In this document: positions 51,509 to 64,000 of the stretch, in pieces
How positions within the stretch are numbered: position 1 is the stretch's first letter
How the letters are laid out: each line of letters opens with the position of its first letter
Origin: the human T2T-CHM13v2.0 reference genome, Homo sapiens
Reading direction: 5' to 3' (one strand)
Assembly: GCF_009914755.1 (NCBI RefSeq)
Contig: NC_060938.1
Length of the DNA: 64,000 nucleotides
Translations under genes and position numbers: made by a program
Notes under the pieces: generated by a model
Told to the model about the DNA's origin: nothing
The model's database searches: none
Seen by the model: only the letters and a program-made list of their open reading frames with translations

Positions 51509-52619
51509 CTAAGCCTGACAGTGGGGCCTTAGATGAGAGGCTGGGGTGGTCGGGGCTCCCCCCGTGGTCAGCGCAGAGCCAGGCAGCGATGGGGAAGGAG
51601 AGCCGAGACAGGGAGCCTGGTAGGGTGGCTTCGGCATCGCCAGCCCCGCGACGACAAGGAGCCATGGGAGGGGACAATGCAGAGCCGTCCTGTGGGGGAC
51701 GCAGACGTTGTGGAGGCTGGCACATGCTCGGAGCACACGCTGGTTGAAATAGCAGCCGAGAGACATAATTAAGAAGGTGAATCTGCTGCCAAAACATGCA
51801 CCGTGCTTCAAAGTCAACAACGTGTGGTTTGGGGGACAGCCTGTTTCTGGGATAAGTTGGCCCCTGCAGGGCAGCTCACAGGGAGTGAGCATGGTGGGGA
51901 CGCCTTCAGTCACTCTCTGGCATGGGCACCCCACACCCCGCCAGGGCAGGGAGGGAGGGGCAGCCGAGGGAAGCATGCGCCCAGCGCCACATCCTCCAAA
52001 CCCTGGCTGCAGACACACGGGACAGGCTGAGCAGGAGCTATCGGGCTGGGCTACACCACGCACACCCAAGCACAAGCACTCCTCGGGCTCAAGAAAGGAG
52101 TGGAGGGTCGGAACGTTCTAGAAGGCCTCCCAAGGGAGAGGGGCTTGTGCAGATGGGGCACTCCAGGCCAGGAGCCCAGCCTATACAAAGGTGCGGAGGT
52201 GTCCTGTGCTGGGGAGTGGGACCAGGCCAGGCCGGGTGGCTGGGCCCGGGGATACAGAAGATCTGGGTCAGTCGGGGATCAAGGGGGCCAATGTTCAGGA
52301 GAAGGTGTTGATGGTGCAGCCCAGCTGCCCCTAGCTAAGCTGTTCCCTCAGGAGTTCACCAGAAGCCCATCGCGTCAGCAGCAGCCCCCTCGGGTTTGTT
52401 CAGCAGCATCCATGCAACCACATCAGCTCAGAGCGGGGATTTCAGACCCAAAGGGCCACCACCAGGGGGGATTTGTCCTGGGATCAGGGACCACCGCTCC
52501 TCAGCCTGGACCTTTCACATCGAGTGCCCAGAGAAGCAGGGGCTGGTGGGCACCTGAGGGTTCCCTGAGAGTCCTGCCCTCCAGTGGCTTAGAGATCAAC
52601 CCCTGGCCCAAAGGTCCTG

Positions 52620-52790
52620 CTTGACAGGTGCCCCAGATTCTGTGAGTTACTTAAGATCAAGTAACAAAAAGATCACCCTCATGGCAGATGAGAGGTTAAT
52701 TCAGTCACATCGTTACTGGTGACAGTCCCACAAATGATTTATTGATTTTTTTTTAAATAAAAATATGTCACATCCTCTGGTATGGGTATA
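52620..52790. promoter_or_regulatory. Candidate Meis-Pbx-Hox composite enhancer (element 7)
   Basis: TGACAG at 52622 and 52720; TGATTTAT at 52735-52742, 9 bp from the second Meis site; E-box CAGATG at 52685; TTAATT. Confidence 0.5.
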
Positions 52791-52959
52791 GACCAATTCT
52801 GTGCTTGGGCCAACTGGATAAGAAGTTACTAGTTTGTACCAGATGCCAACTTGCTATTCCATGCCAAGCAGAAACAGCACTACCCATGATACAGCACTGC
52901 TACCTGGCACTTCCTCACGCACCACACACACACGCCCCTCCAGGAGTCCGCACAGCCTG

Positions 52960-54490
52960 CAGTGAGCACCTCCTCCGTGCCAGGCGCCCTGGCAGGGTTG
53001 CTGTGTACTGTGGGGGTTGCCAAGACCAATCAGACTTGGCACTGCCCTTGAGGAGCTCAGGCTGCAGAGGCGAGAATGGGAGGATAACTCAGCCCCATGT
53101 GCCGTCCTTGAATGGGTCTAATGGGGCCCACGGTCATTGCATGTGGCTGACGTGGCGTGACTAGGAGGCTGAGGAGGGTGTCCCCATGGAAGTGACGTTC
53201 CAACATGGACTGGAAGGATAAGTACAGCCCAGTCATGGGAAACAGACAGAGATGCTCAGCCTGGGCAGTGAGAAGGCAGGTGGGAAACTGAGGCAGGACA
53301 GAGTGTGGTGAGGTGGAAGATGGCAAGCAGGGCGTGGAGCCAAAAAGGATGAGGGTGGGGTGGTGCAGAGGAGTCCCCGGGGCCCCAGGGCTGGGCCACA
53401 AAGAGGCCTGTAGATCTTGCTAAGCCCCTGGAAGGTTCTGAGCAGAAGAGACTTCACCAAATGAATGCTTTAAGAATCTCCTTCTGGCCCGATGTCCATC
53501 GCGGATGAATGGATGAGCAAATCGTGGTCTAGCCACACAACAGAATATGTATTATTCAGCCATAAAATGAAATAAAATACTGATTCCTGCTACATGGCTG
53601 GAGCTTGAAAACTTTCTGCTGCAAGAAGCTGGACACAAAAGTTCACGTGTTGTATGACTCCTTTTACATGAAATATGCAGAATAGACAACAAATCCGTAA
53701 ACAGGAAGATGAGGGGTTGCCGGGGGCTTGGGAGAGGGGCAATGGGGAGCGACTGTGTCATGAACACAGGACTTCTTTTTGGGGTGGTGATCATGCTTCG
53801 GAGCTCGGTGGTGGTGCTGGCTGCACAGCACTGTGAATATACCAAATGCCACTGAATTATACCCTTTAAAATGATGAGTTCACCTCATTGAGAAGGAGGA
53901 GAAGGACAGCAGCTGCTCCCTCTGACAGCCGTGCAGAGACAAGGCTGCCGGCAGCTGGGTAGGAACTGGGAAGAACGGACCGAGACCCCTGCACTGGGCC
54001 AGCCCAGAGGGGACGATGGCCCCAGCCAGTGTGACAGCCATTGCGGGGAAGGGCAGAGAGAAGTGGGTGGGTTTGATGTACTTTTAGGAGAAGAGAACAC
54101 GAGGAATTCACAATTGCCCAGATATGGGGAGGAAGGAGGAGGATATGAGATGCATCTGGCCCAGCACCCGCCCTCAGGATGCTCATACGTCCCTAAATGA
54201 CAAGAGGTGGGCAATGGCGATGGACTGCACTCCAGTCGTGCTGGAGTGAGGCCCTCAGGAGGCTCCTGACTCAGCTGGGCATCCAGGAAGGCTTCCTGGA
54301 GGAAGCATTGCATGGAGACAGACCCAGGGCTTGGGGAACACGAGCTGCCTCATGAACTGCGTTGTGAGGGAGTGGGAGACTCCCACCTGGGGACATCTGC
54401 ATGTCCTGTCACTCATTCATTCATTCGCTCTACACATCCACACTGAATGCCCACTATGTGCCAGGTGTCCTTCCAGGCACTGGGGAGAGG
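52960..54490 (-). mobile_element. L2 LINE fragments (interrupted by L1MB)
   Basis: GAGCACCTCCTCCGTGCCAGGC..CTGCCCTTGAGGAGCTCA; TTCATTCATTCATTC..ACTGAATGCCCACTATGTGCCAGG. Confidence 0.65.
53490..53890 (+). mobile_element. L1MB 3' end
   Basis: ATGTCCATC..GATGAATGGAT..TATTCAGCCATAAAA..CTGTGAATATACCAAATGCCACTGAATTATAC. Confidence 0.85.
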
Positions 54491-55599
54491 GTCGTTTTGC
54501 GAAATGCCTGCCAACATTTGAACGCACTCTGAAAACCAGTGGTTACCCGGATAGCTCGGAATAGTAGCTGGACTTGAGTTTGGTGTCATGGAACCCAAGG
54601 TCAGAGGCCGCTGTTGTTGTTATTACTATCATCGGCACTTACACAGCATGTTCGGGGGCCAGGCACTGTTCTAAGGCCCTGGCAGAAGTCAGCTTGTTTG
54701 CATCTGGCCTGTTCCCAGATATGAGGCCTTTCATAGACATGAGGGTCTTGACTCTCGGGCTCCAGGCCTTTCCCACCCATGAGTGGACCTCAGTTTCCCT
54801 CTCTGAAAAACAAGCAGGGTAAGTGTAATGGCCTCCAGGGACCCCCGGCTCTTCAGTTTCAAAACGTGGTAGAAAGACCCTGGCTGAGTCCAGGGAGCTG
54901 CACACAGCAGCTCTCCCAGGCTGGAGGGGCTCCGCCGTGGACATAGAAGGGCTGGGGTGGAGAGTCTTGTTCTCCCAGAAGGCTGGGCTGAGAGGGAGCC
55001 ATCCTGGTGGAGGCAGGGGTGCATGCTACCTGGCTCAGCATGTCCTGGAGCAGGGCCAAGGCATGGACTACGGTGATGCTTGGAGGGCCCAGTGCTGGTC
55101 CCGCACTCCACCCTGCCCAGCACAAAGGCCTCACAGAGGCAAGATCCTGCAGCAAGGAAGCCGAGGAAAGTGATTCCTGCCGGGAAGGAGATAGCCCAGC
55201 ACCTGGCCCCTCTCAGCAGCACCCATGGTTATCGCTGAACAGAGAAGCAAGAGGGTCTGGGGAATGAGAGCGGATGGCCAGAGGGCCTTCCCGTCTGAGG
55301 CCAGGGAAGTTGAACAGAACAGGTCAGTCACGTCCCAAGCAGATCTGCTGGGCTCGAAGTCCGCTGGAGCAGGGTAGGCAGGAGGCTGAGGGGGAGGCAG
55401 GGCTGGCAGAGATGCTGGTCTTTGTGGAGACAGCATGTCAGATCTCCAGAGTCCCTTTCTTCTGACCCTCCTTCCCACCTAATCCACGGCCTCAGGGCCT
55501 CCCAGTTTCCTGTCCCCTCTCTAACTCTCCAGGCAAGACCTTCTACTATGCCCCCCACCCCAGAAAGTTTCCATGACATCCAAAAGATCTCTTATTTAT

Positions 55600-56102
55600 T
55601 GAAGCCCTAGGGCGAATGTTGTTGAAATCAAATAGTGCAGTGTTTCCTGTCTCACAGCCCAACAGTGCTCTAACAGGCAACCTGTCTGCCAGGAGCTCGC
55701 CACGGAGTTCCACAGCCCGGCACCTCCCCAGGGGGCATTTCCCAGCACGTCATCTGCAGGGGTGGCTTCCCTGCAGCCCTTCCCACCCCTTCCCACCCAC
55801 TTCGGCAGCATGGCATCCCAGCAAACCTCTCCCCCACCCTATGGGCCACACACACACTCTCTCCGCTGGAGTTGGGATCACAGCCCGGGATGGGATTTGA
55901 CCTCTCCAAATTTGCTTCTATTTGGGGAACTCTGTCTCCACCTAGAAGTAGCTGCTGCCTGTATCTGCTGTTCCTGTGCTTTTGGCATTCTCATGCCACT
56001 CAACAGGAAACGCCCTCTTATAGTTAAGAATTCTTTATATTAAACTTTCACTGTTCAAATTGCTGCATGACGCCTGTCTCCTGATTGGACCTTGACTGAT
56101 AG
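55600..56102 (+). mobile_element. Old ERV-L LTR (MLT2F-like), followed by a PBS-like sequence
   Basis: 3' end TAAACTTTCACTGTTCAAATTGCTG..CCTGTCTCCTGATTGGACCTTGACTGATAGA, then AGTACCAGGAG. The 5' boundary is approximate. Confidence 0.5.
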
Positions 56103-56595
56103 AGAGTCAGTACCAGGAGCCATCCTGAGGGACACCCCATGAGGCTGGGATTGGATTGGTTTGTCTGTATTTGTGACGCAAGTGCAGTGCTGAGTTTATT
56201 GCCAATAAGAAATCAGATGCTGACGACCCACAGCCCAACCCCAAGCCCGATCCCCAGCCCACCTTCACATCATAATCAATCAAGCCGACACCTGTGGTGG
56301 TTTCATGAAACGCCAGCTGAAGCGTGTGCCTCGGGGTTCCATGAGGCTGCTGCTCTGACGTGTACAGTGGCAAGTGTGATGACAAGGACCACAGTGTGGG
56401 ACAGTGTTCCTGATGCACTGGGGCCCCTCCAAAAGATGATGCTCAGCTAGGGGGCCCCTCCCCATGCAGACTATGCTCTGAAAAATAAAGTATTCATAGT
56501 TGCTCCAAAAGAATCCCTCATTCCTGCAGCCACAGGGAGAATACTGCTGAAAATCAACATGGAGCACCTTGTAGTGCCAAAAAGTAAGGAAATGC

Positions 56596-56840
56596 CCACA
56601 TCACACACACAAACACATACAAACACGCACACAAACACACACGAACACACACACACAAGCATGCACACACAAACACAAACACACACGAACACACACGCAC
56701 ACACACACAAACACCCATGCGCACACAAACACACACGTGCACACACACACGCACACACAAACATGCACAAACACACACAAAAAACACATGCACCCACAGA
56801 CACACAAACACACACATGCACGTGCGCGCACACACACACG
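56596..56840. repeat. Imperfect (CA)n microsatellite
   Basis: About 245 bp of CACA/AACA/GCAC. Confidence 0.93.
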
Positions 56841-56875
56841 ATGGGGCGTGTCAAAGGGACACCAAGGCCAACCTA

Positions 56876-57238
<363 letters not shown>

Positions 57239-58079
57239 TTAGATTTTAACCCAAACTATAAAATAAATATCCATAAATGCATATTGATAGAAACAAATGA
57301 TTAAATAAATGAATAAATAAATAAGTGAAGGAAAAGAGGCAAAGCCCCCATGCTGAAGAACTCCACACCACTTCCGTAGCTGCTCCACACCCCTTACATG
57401 CGGGCTGTGCAGACACTTCCCTCCAAAGAGGACGAACTCTACATCACTTCTGTAGCTGCCCCACACCCCTTACGTGCGGGCTGTGCAGTCACTGCCCTCC
57501 AATGGCAGTGCAGTCACTGCCTTTGCTATGAGAAAGAGCAAAAGAATGATCAGTGTGCTGAGGAGGCGTGAGCAAGGAAGCCTGACATGCTATCCCACCA
57601 GGTGATAGAGGCCCCAGCCAGCCACGAGCCACATCAACTGTGTGCGCCCGTGGATGGCATGAGCATGGCACTTCACCACTGCGGTCTTCCTCCCCCAAAC
57701 CTATGACTCCAGTCTCATCACGAGAAAAACAGACACATCCTGGTTGAGGGGCAGCCTAATGCCTGAGCAGTGCTCTTCAAAACTTCAAGCTCGTCAAAAG
57801 CAAGGGAAGTCTGGGAGCTGTCACAGCCAGGAGGAGCCTAAGGAGACGTGATGATGAAAGGTCACGTGGGATTCTGGACGGGCCCCTGGGGCAGAAAATA
57901 GACATTAGAGAAAAACCAGGAAAGAGGAAAGTGTGAATGAAATGTGGGCTCTAGTGAAAAATGTGTCGGTATTGGTTCATTACCTGGAACAAGCGCACCC
58001 CACTAAGGGGAGACGTCAACATGGGGGAATGGGACGTGGGTGTGGGAAGCAGGTTCACTCAACGCCAGTCCAAAGGGAG

Positions 58080-58540
58080 TGATGCAGGGCAGGTGAGCCC
58101 CAAAGTGGGGCTCAGCCCGTGAGAGTACTTGGCTTCACCCAAGAGAGAATTCAAAGGCGAGCTGGAGATGGAAGAAACAGCTCTATTGAAGCAGCCATGT
58201 CACAGCTCTGTGACTCCTTCTGCAGGGCAGGGCTACCCCATAGGCAGAGAGTAGCCGTGCAGGGTGGCTCTGCAGTCGTATTCATGCCCACGTTTAATTC
58301 CATGCAGGCTAAGGGGCGGTTTATGCAGAAATTTCTGCATCAACTTCTGGGTCGCTGGGTCATTGCCATGGAAAAGAGTGGTAACCCCGGGGTTTTGCCA
58401 CGGCAATGGTAAACGGACATGGCACACTGCTGGGTGTGTCTTATGGAAGGCTGCTTTACCTCACCCCTGTTTTAGCTAGTCCTCGATTTGGTCCAGTGTC
58501 TGAGCCCCACCTCCAGAGTTGAGTCCCAACTCCCACCTGT
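58080..58540 (-). mobile_element. MER66-family ERV1 solo LTR
   Basis: The reverse complement starts ..GGGAGTTGGGACTCAACTCTGGAGGTGGGGCTCAGACACTGGACCAAATCGAGGACTAGCTAAAACAGG; the other end reads TGATGCAGGGCAGGTGAGCCCCAAAG. Confidence 0.8.
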
Positions 58541-58699
58541 GGAGGACAGCAGAGATCCTCACTCTGCCAAGCCCAGAACATGAGTCCAGACACTTCCCCC
58601 ACGGCACTCTGCCTTTGCATTGGCTTGTGCCCCTGTGCCTAAGACTCTCCCCACTAGGCTTGAACACCCTGCAAGAACCGAACCCGGGCCAGATTAGGT

Positions 58700-60790
58700 T
58701 AGATTCAGGATGCCCTCTCTCCTCAAGACGCCCCATAACTAGCACCTGCCACTGGTTAAGTGGGGTCAGATCTCCAATGCTCCAGGGAGAAAGACACACA
58801 CTAAGACCCAGGAGGGATTGATTTACACATAAAAAGAATCGCAGTAATTTGCTAATATAAATCTGCAGTAACATGGGGAACGTGTTTGAGAGTGGATTAA
58901 ATGGGCGTTAGACCAAGGAGGGGAGGGGAAATATAACCTTAGATTAGGCCAAATTCCTTGACACAGGTGCACTTTCCAGAGAGCTTGGATTTCATGTGTT
59001 AACGCGTGCATCTGGAGGTGGCTCAGACAGCTTACTTGGTGGCTCGACTGAAGCTTGAACTTTGTCGTGGCCTACAGTTCATGTAGGAGGTGTGATGTGG
59101 AGGAAAGAGCCCAAAAGCTTAGGGAGAAAGGACTATTGGGCTGGATTTATGTGCAACCTCACAGCCACCTCCCAGCTGTGGTCCCTGAGGGGCCACAGGA
59201 CACTCTCTTGACTAAGGTGTGAAGCAATGCTTTCACCTTGGCTGTAGGCTCCCTGCAAGCTCTCTGGTTGTAGACCAGGTGTGACTGTGGAAGATGTCAC
59301 CATGAGAAATTCCTCCCTTCAGTGGGGACGATGGTATCCTGAAGTAGCAGAGGCTAACACAGCACCTAGACATCAGAGACCAGGCAGCCCACCGACAGCG
59401 AGGGAAAGCAGGGACACACATAACCATGGCACCTTGATCACCAAGGTCTTTGGTGGCAGCTAATTAATCACAGGGTCTCAAGGACAAAAGTGGTGGGCAG
59501 CCTACTAGGGTATTCTTTGGTCTAAATAACAGGAGAACCCCAGGTGTGCCAGCCAAACCCCCGACCTGAGTCACCGCAGTGGCCAGTCGCAGCCTCTCAC
59601 CCATTTGCACACCCAACTCAATGCACAATCCAATGACCTGTGATTTGCAGCCCATGCTGGAAATACTCCTCCACGCCTTTCCCAAAGGGATGTACGACCA
59701 TTCATGGGAGTAACTGTGAGCTGGAGAATGGAACTTTGCAGGGCTCTGAATTGATGCTAATCCTTGGGAACCCAAAACACGAGCACAGCCCATCAGTCAC
59801 ATGGGAACATACAGTGGTCAGGTCATGGATGGAACCCCCATTAGCTCACCTCTCACAGGGTAGGCTGTCCACGGACCCACAGTCTGGTTGTATCCCCAGT
59901 TCCTGAATGTATAATTGGAATAGACATACTGCCAACTAGCGGGATCCCCAGCATGGTTCCCTGAGCCCTGGAGTGAGGGCATTTGTGGTAGAGGAACTAG
60001 ATGGAAAACGCTGGGACTTCCTTTCCTATCCATAAGAGAACCAGAATCAATATCACATTCCCGGGGAAACTGCAGAGATTAACGCCATCATCAAGGCTTG
60101 AAAGAAACAGAAGTGATCATTGCACACACACACACACACACATTTAATTCGGCTGTCAAGCCTGTGTAAAAGTTGGGTGAACCTTGGAGAATGACCGTGC
60201 ACTGATGTAAACTGAAGCAGGTGGTGAATCCAGGTGCACCTGTTGTCCCACATGTATTATCTTTACTGTAGAAAATGGCATGGCCCCTAGCCCTTGTTAT
60301 TCAGCTCTTGACCTCACCAATGTCTTCTCTGTACCAGTTTGGAAAGATCACCAGAGCAGTTTGGTTTTCTCACCTGGCCGGGCCAACAGTGCCCTTTCAC
60401 AGTCTTGCTTCTGGGTCATGCCAGTTCTCCCACCTGCAGTGATAAGAAGCAGAGATTTTCCCACCTACAAAGCATCACGCTGGTCCTCTACACTCATGAC
60501 ATTACACTGAGCTGACTGTGTCTGATGAGCAGGAAGTGAAAATAACTTTAAATGCCTTAGTAAGACACACACTAACTAGAAGGTAGGAAATAAACCCCAC
60601 AAAACATCAGAGGCCTGCCCATCAGTGAAGTCTCCAGGGCCCAGAGGTGTGGCGTATGTCAAGCTCCTTCCTCCAGGATGAATACAAGATGCTGCACCTC
60701 ACGCCATCTTTGTGAGTGTGCTCCATGGTCATGGTCTTCTGGGTTCTGTGGACCACACTGAGGGGCCAATTGTGCGGATATTGGCTGCTG
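58700..60790 (+). mobile_element. Second, older ERV-L internal region (gag-pro-RT remnant)
   Basis: Inverse homology to 4600-6960: GAGTGGATTAAATGGGCG..AATATAACCTTAGATTAGGCCAAATTC (gag); GGCTCTGAATTGATGCTAATCC and TCCCCAGTTCCTGAATGTATAATTGG (pro); YSALDLTNVFSVPVWKDHQ and an eroded LVHYIDD region near 60480 (RT). Confidence 0.8.
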
Positions 60791-61399
60791 TTTTGAAGAT
60801 CGTCTGCCTCTTCCAGCTACTTTCAGGATTTTTCCATCTTCTGTTTTCCACATTTTAATAGACAGTTTTGTTGGTTCACTCTGTCACTCTTACCTGGGTC
60901 TATAGAGTCCCTGGGGGCTGCAGCCTGGCCACTGTGGCAGCGGCATAGAATTGGAACCCACTGTCTGTCGCTCCCAGGACTGCCCATTCATCAGTGTGGG
61001 CAGAGTGGGAGCCATCTAAGGAGGTTGTGCAGGGAGAGTCAGAAGTGAAAGCATCTCAGGGAAGGTTTCCCGAGCTGGGTCAGCACCACGCCTTGCCAGG
61101 ATGCTGGGGCCACACAAAACTGAGCATCTGCTCAGCCTCAGAGGTGGACAGGGGCCTTCTGCTTCATCTCCTTAGAGCAGTTCAGGCCTCTCCCCATCAG
61201 CTCTACAAGGTCCCAGGCCACAGGCCTGGCTTCCTTATCCTCTCCCTGGCTGCAGATGCAGGCCCCCTCAGGGTACCTTCCCAGCAGCCATCCTGGTCCT
61301 GGAGATCAGGCTTGGAGCCTGGTTTCCTGACCTCCCATGGCCCTTTTCCCCTGTGGCCTCCAGGCCCCTTCCTCTCTTAGGATGGGAGCCCTGCTGCCA

Positions 61400-61700
61400 C
61401 AAGTATGGCTCAGTGATAACATCCTGCCAAGGCCTCTGGGGTAAAGTCACAGGCCTGCAGTGTGCTGGCCTCCCTCACAGGCCTGCGCTCCCCCAAGGAC
61501 TCGAGCGGGAACCCCTCCTGCTTCCTCCAGCTTCTGGGGGCTCCAGCATTCCTGGGCTTGTGGAGGCCTCCCTCCAACTCCGTCTCTGTCTCAATGTGGG
61601 CTTCTTCTGCCTCTGTGTGCCTCCTCCATGTTCTCTTACAAGGACATTTGCCATTGGATTTGGGGCCTGCCGGGTCAGCCAGGATGTTCTCATCCCAAGC
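61400..61700 (-). mobile_element. MLT1B/C MaLR LTR fragment
   Basis: CTTCCTCCAGCTTCTGGGGGCTCCAGCATTCCTGGGCTTGTGG..TCTTACAAGGACATTTGCCATTGGATTTGGGGCC. Confidence 0.75.
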
Positions 61701-62199
61701 ACAGGAAGCCAGGAGGACAGTCCTGCTCAGAGCCCTGAGGCCCAGCTTGGGGACGGCAGCAGCCTCCACTAGAGGATGGGGTCTGTGGCTGTGGGTGGTG
61801 TGGGGACCCCCGGCCCTCAGTGCTGCTGCCTTCCAACCAGTCTCCTCCCACGCAGACCCGCACCATCTCACCCCCACTGCATGGGCCTTCCCTGAACATC
61901 AGCCATCCTGGGACCTGGGGCTCTTCTTCCAGGATAACAGCAACATCCGGATTGTGGCCATGGAGCTGGGGCAGACACAAAGGTCACTGGAGAGGCCATC
62001 ACTGGACAAGAGACCCAGAGCCCTCTGAGGCCCAGCACTCATCCACCTGATGAGCTCTGAGCCCGGTTTGTTCAGCTGGCTGCCCTCAGACAGGAGGCGT
62101 CGTGGCCTCCATCCCACCCGGCCACGCACAGATTCCACGGCCACCTCTCTCACCAACACCACTGCACCCGTCTGACAAATCCCAACATAAACCCCCAGC

Positions 62200-62592
62200 T
62201 GTATTAGGCCATTCTTCCATTGCTATGAAGAAATACCTGAGACTGGGCAATTTATAAAGAAAAATGGTATAATTGGTTCAGGGTTCTGCAGGAAGCGTGG
62301 CACCCACATCTGCTCGGCTCCTAGGGAGGCCTCAGAAGCTTTCAGTCACAGTGGAAGGTGAAGGGGGAACAGGCATGCCACAGGGAGAAAGCAGGAGCAG
62401 GCGGGGCGGAGAGGTGTCCCACACATTTAAACCACCCAGTCTCACAAGAGCTCACTCACTATTGCGAGGACAGCACCAATCCATGAGGATCCACCCCCAG
62501 GACCCAGACACCTCCCACCGGGTCCCACCTCCAGCACTAGGAATCACAATTCAACATGAGATCTGGCAGCGACATGCATTCAAACTAGATCC
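62200..62592 (-). mobile_element. MSTB-like MaLR solo LTR
   Basis: TGTATTAGGCCATTCTTCCATTGCTATGAAGAAATACCTGAGACTGGG...TCAACATGAGATCTGG..TCAAACTAGATC. Confidence 0.88.
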
Positions 62593-62717
62593 CCTGCTGC
62601 CTGATTCTCTGTGTCTCCACCTAGCTGCTAAACACTGTTTGAAAAGTCCCACACAAGCCATGGATCAGGCCTCCTCCAGGGTGTGGCCTCCTGAGCAGCC
62701 ATGCAATTGGCACTTCA

Positions 62718-63151
<434 letters not shown>

Positions 63152-63154
63152 CCT

Positions 63155-63325
63155 CATTTATTATTTATTGATTTAGAGACTGGGTCTTTCTCTATTGCCC
63201 CGTCTGGAGTACAATACCACAGTCATAGCTCACCGCAGCCTTGACTTCCCCACCTCAAGCGATCCTCCCACCTCATCCTCCCTAGTAGCTGGAAATACAG
63301 GAGTGTGCAACCATGCAGGGTTCAT
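63155..63325 (-). mobile_element. Alu monomer (FRAM/AluJ-like)
   Basis: TAGAGACTGGGTCTTTCTCTATTGCCC..ATAGCTCACCGCAGCCTTGAC. Confidence 0.8.
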
Positions 63326-63394
63326 TTTTTAAAGGGTGGGGCTTACTCTTTTGAAATGTACTAAGTGACAGCTGAGGAGATGTTCCAGACCCAG

Positions 63395-63842
63395 GAAACA
63401 AAAGAAACCTCAGACCCTGCTCTACACCACTAAATGGCAAAAGCAAGAAGATTGACGACACCAAGTGTTGGTGAGGATGTGGGGCATCTGAGATTCCCGG
63501 GCCCTGAGGGTGGAGGGACATGGTCCCATCCAGATGCTGACATCAGGAGCCAGCCCCGCAGGGCCTCATGAGGTGGCGTACCCACCCCACAACCCAGGCA
63601 CTCCTCTCCAGGGTGCCCGCCCAAGAGAAACGAAACCTGTCCACACACAGATCGGTGATAAACACCATGCAGCCTTATTCCTTGAGCCAAAAGGGAAAAG
63701 ACCCAAACGTCCATCCACAGGTGAATAAACGTCCTGTCCATCCACACCATGAATGGTCCATTGGCAAGGAAAAGCAATGAAGGCTGGTAAAAAGATACAC
63801 ATGCCTCTCAAAATCAGCGTGCTGAGTGAAAGAAGACAGATG
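63395..63842 (+). mobile_element. Decayed L1 3' fragment (GC-shifted)
   Basis: ACACCAAGTGTTGGTGAGGATGTGG, CCCAAACGTCCATCCACAGGTGAATAAAC, GCTGAGTGAAAGAAGACAG. Confidence 0.75.
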
Positions 63843-63847
63843 TAAGG

Positions 63848-64000
63848 GGATTGGTTTGGCTGTGTCCCCACCCAAATCTCATGTTGAATTTCCCACATGT
63901 TGTGGGAGGGACCTGGTGGCAGATAATTGAATCATGGGGGCGGTTTCCCCGTTACTGGTCTCATGAGATCTGGTGGTTTTACAAGGGGAAACCCCTTTCA
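63848..64000 (+). mobile_element. THE1/MSTA MaLR LTR (truncated by window end)
   Basis: TGGTTTGGCTGTGTCCCCACCCAAATCTCATGTTGAAT..GGGAGGGACCTGGTGG. Confidence 0.88.

Noticed and set aside
57370-57493. ~48-bp direct repeat with 76-bp period
   Set aside because: A local duplication inside a decayed L1 3' region with no sign of function; the same applies to 47631-47740.
61080-61097. REST/NRSF RE1 site (TCAGCACCACG)
   Set aside because: Only the left half-site is present; the GGACAG right half is missing.

Overview
This is primate (most likely human) euchromatic, GC-rich, repeat-dense genomic DNA. I find no credible protein-coding gene, RNA gene, CRISPR array or other prokaryotic system. The ORFs in the track are explained by GC-rich or low-complexity sequence, Alu and LTR sequence, or decayed retroviral genes. 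The window opens inside a G-rich minisatellite that runs into a CpG island (1-1020). Next is a complete but decayed ERV-L provirus on the minus strand (about 1024-8385), with MLT2 LTRs, a primer binding site, a polypurine tract and gag/pro/RT/IN/dUTPase remnants; it carries four nested insertions (Tigger3b, AluY, MER44A, FRAM). The rest contains a MER11 solo LTR, a long L1MB-type element with nested Alus and a MER4-group LTR, several MaLR LTRs, a second older ERV-L on the plus strand (about 55.6-60.8 kb), many Alus and several tandem repeats. Two observations stand out. First, about seven short, non-repetitive AT-rich islands are dense in homeodomain/Hox/Pbx/Meis/Fox/Sox motifs and look like the conserved enhancers of a developmental-gene regulatory desert. 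Second, the minisatellite carries seven PRDM9 13-mer motifs and lies next to a strong local AT-to-GC substitution skew, seen by comparing the twin LTRs of one provirus. Repeat subfamily names come from my recall of consensus sequences and need RepeatMasker/Dfam confirmation. I could not place the locus with confidence.
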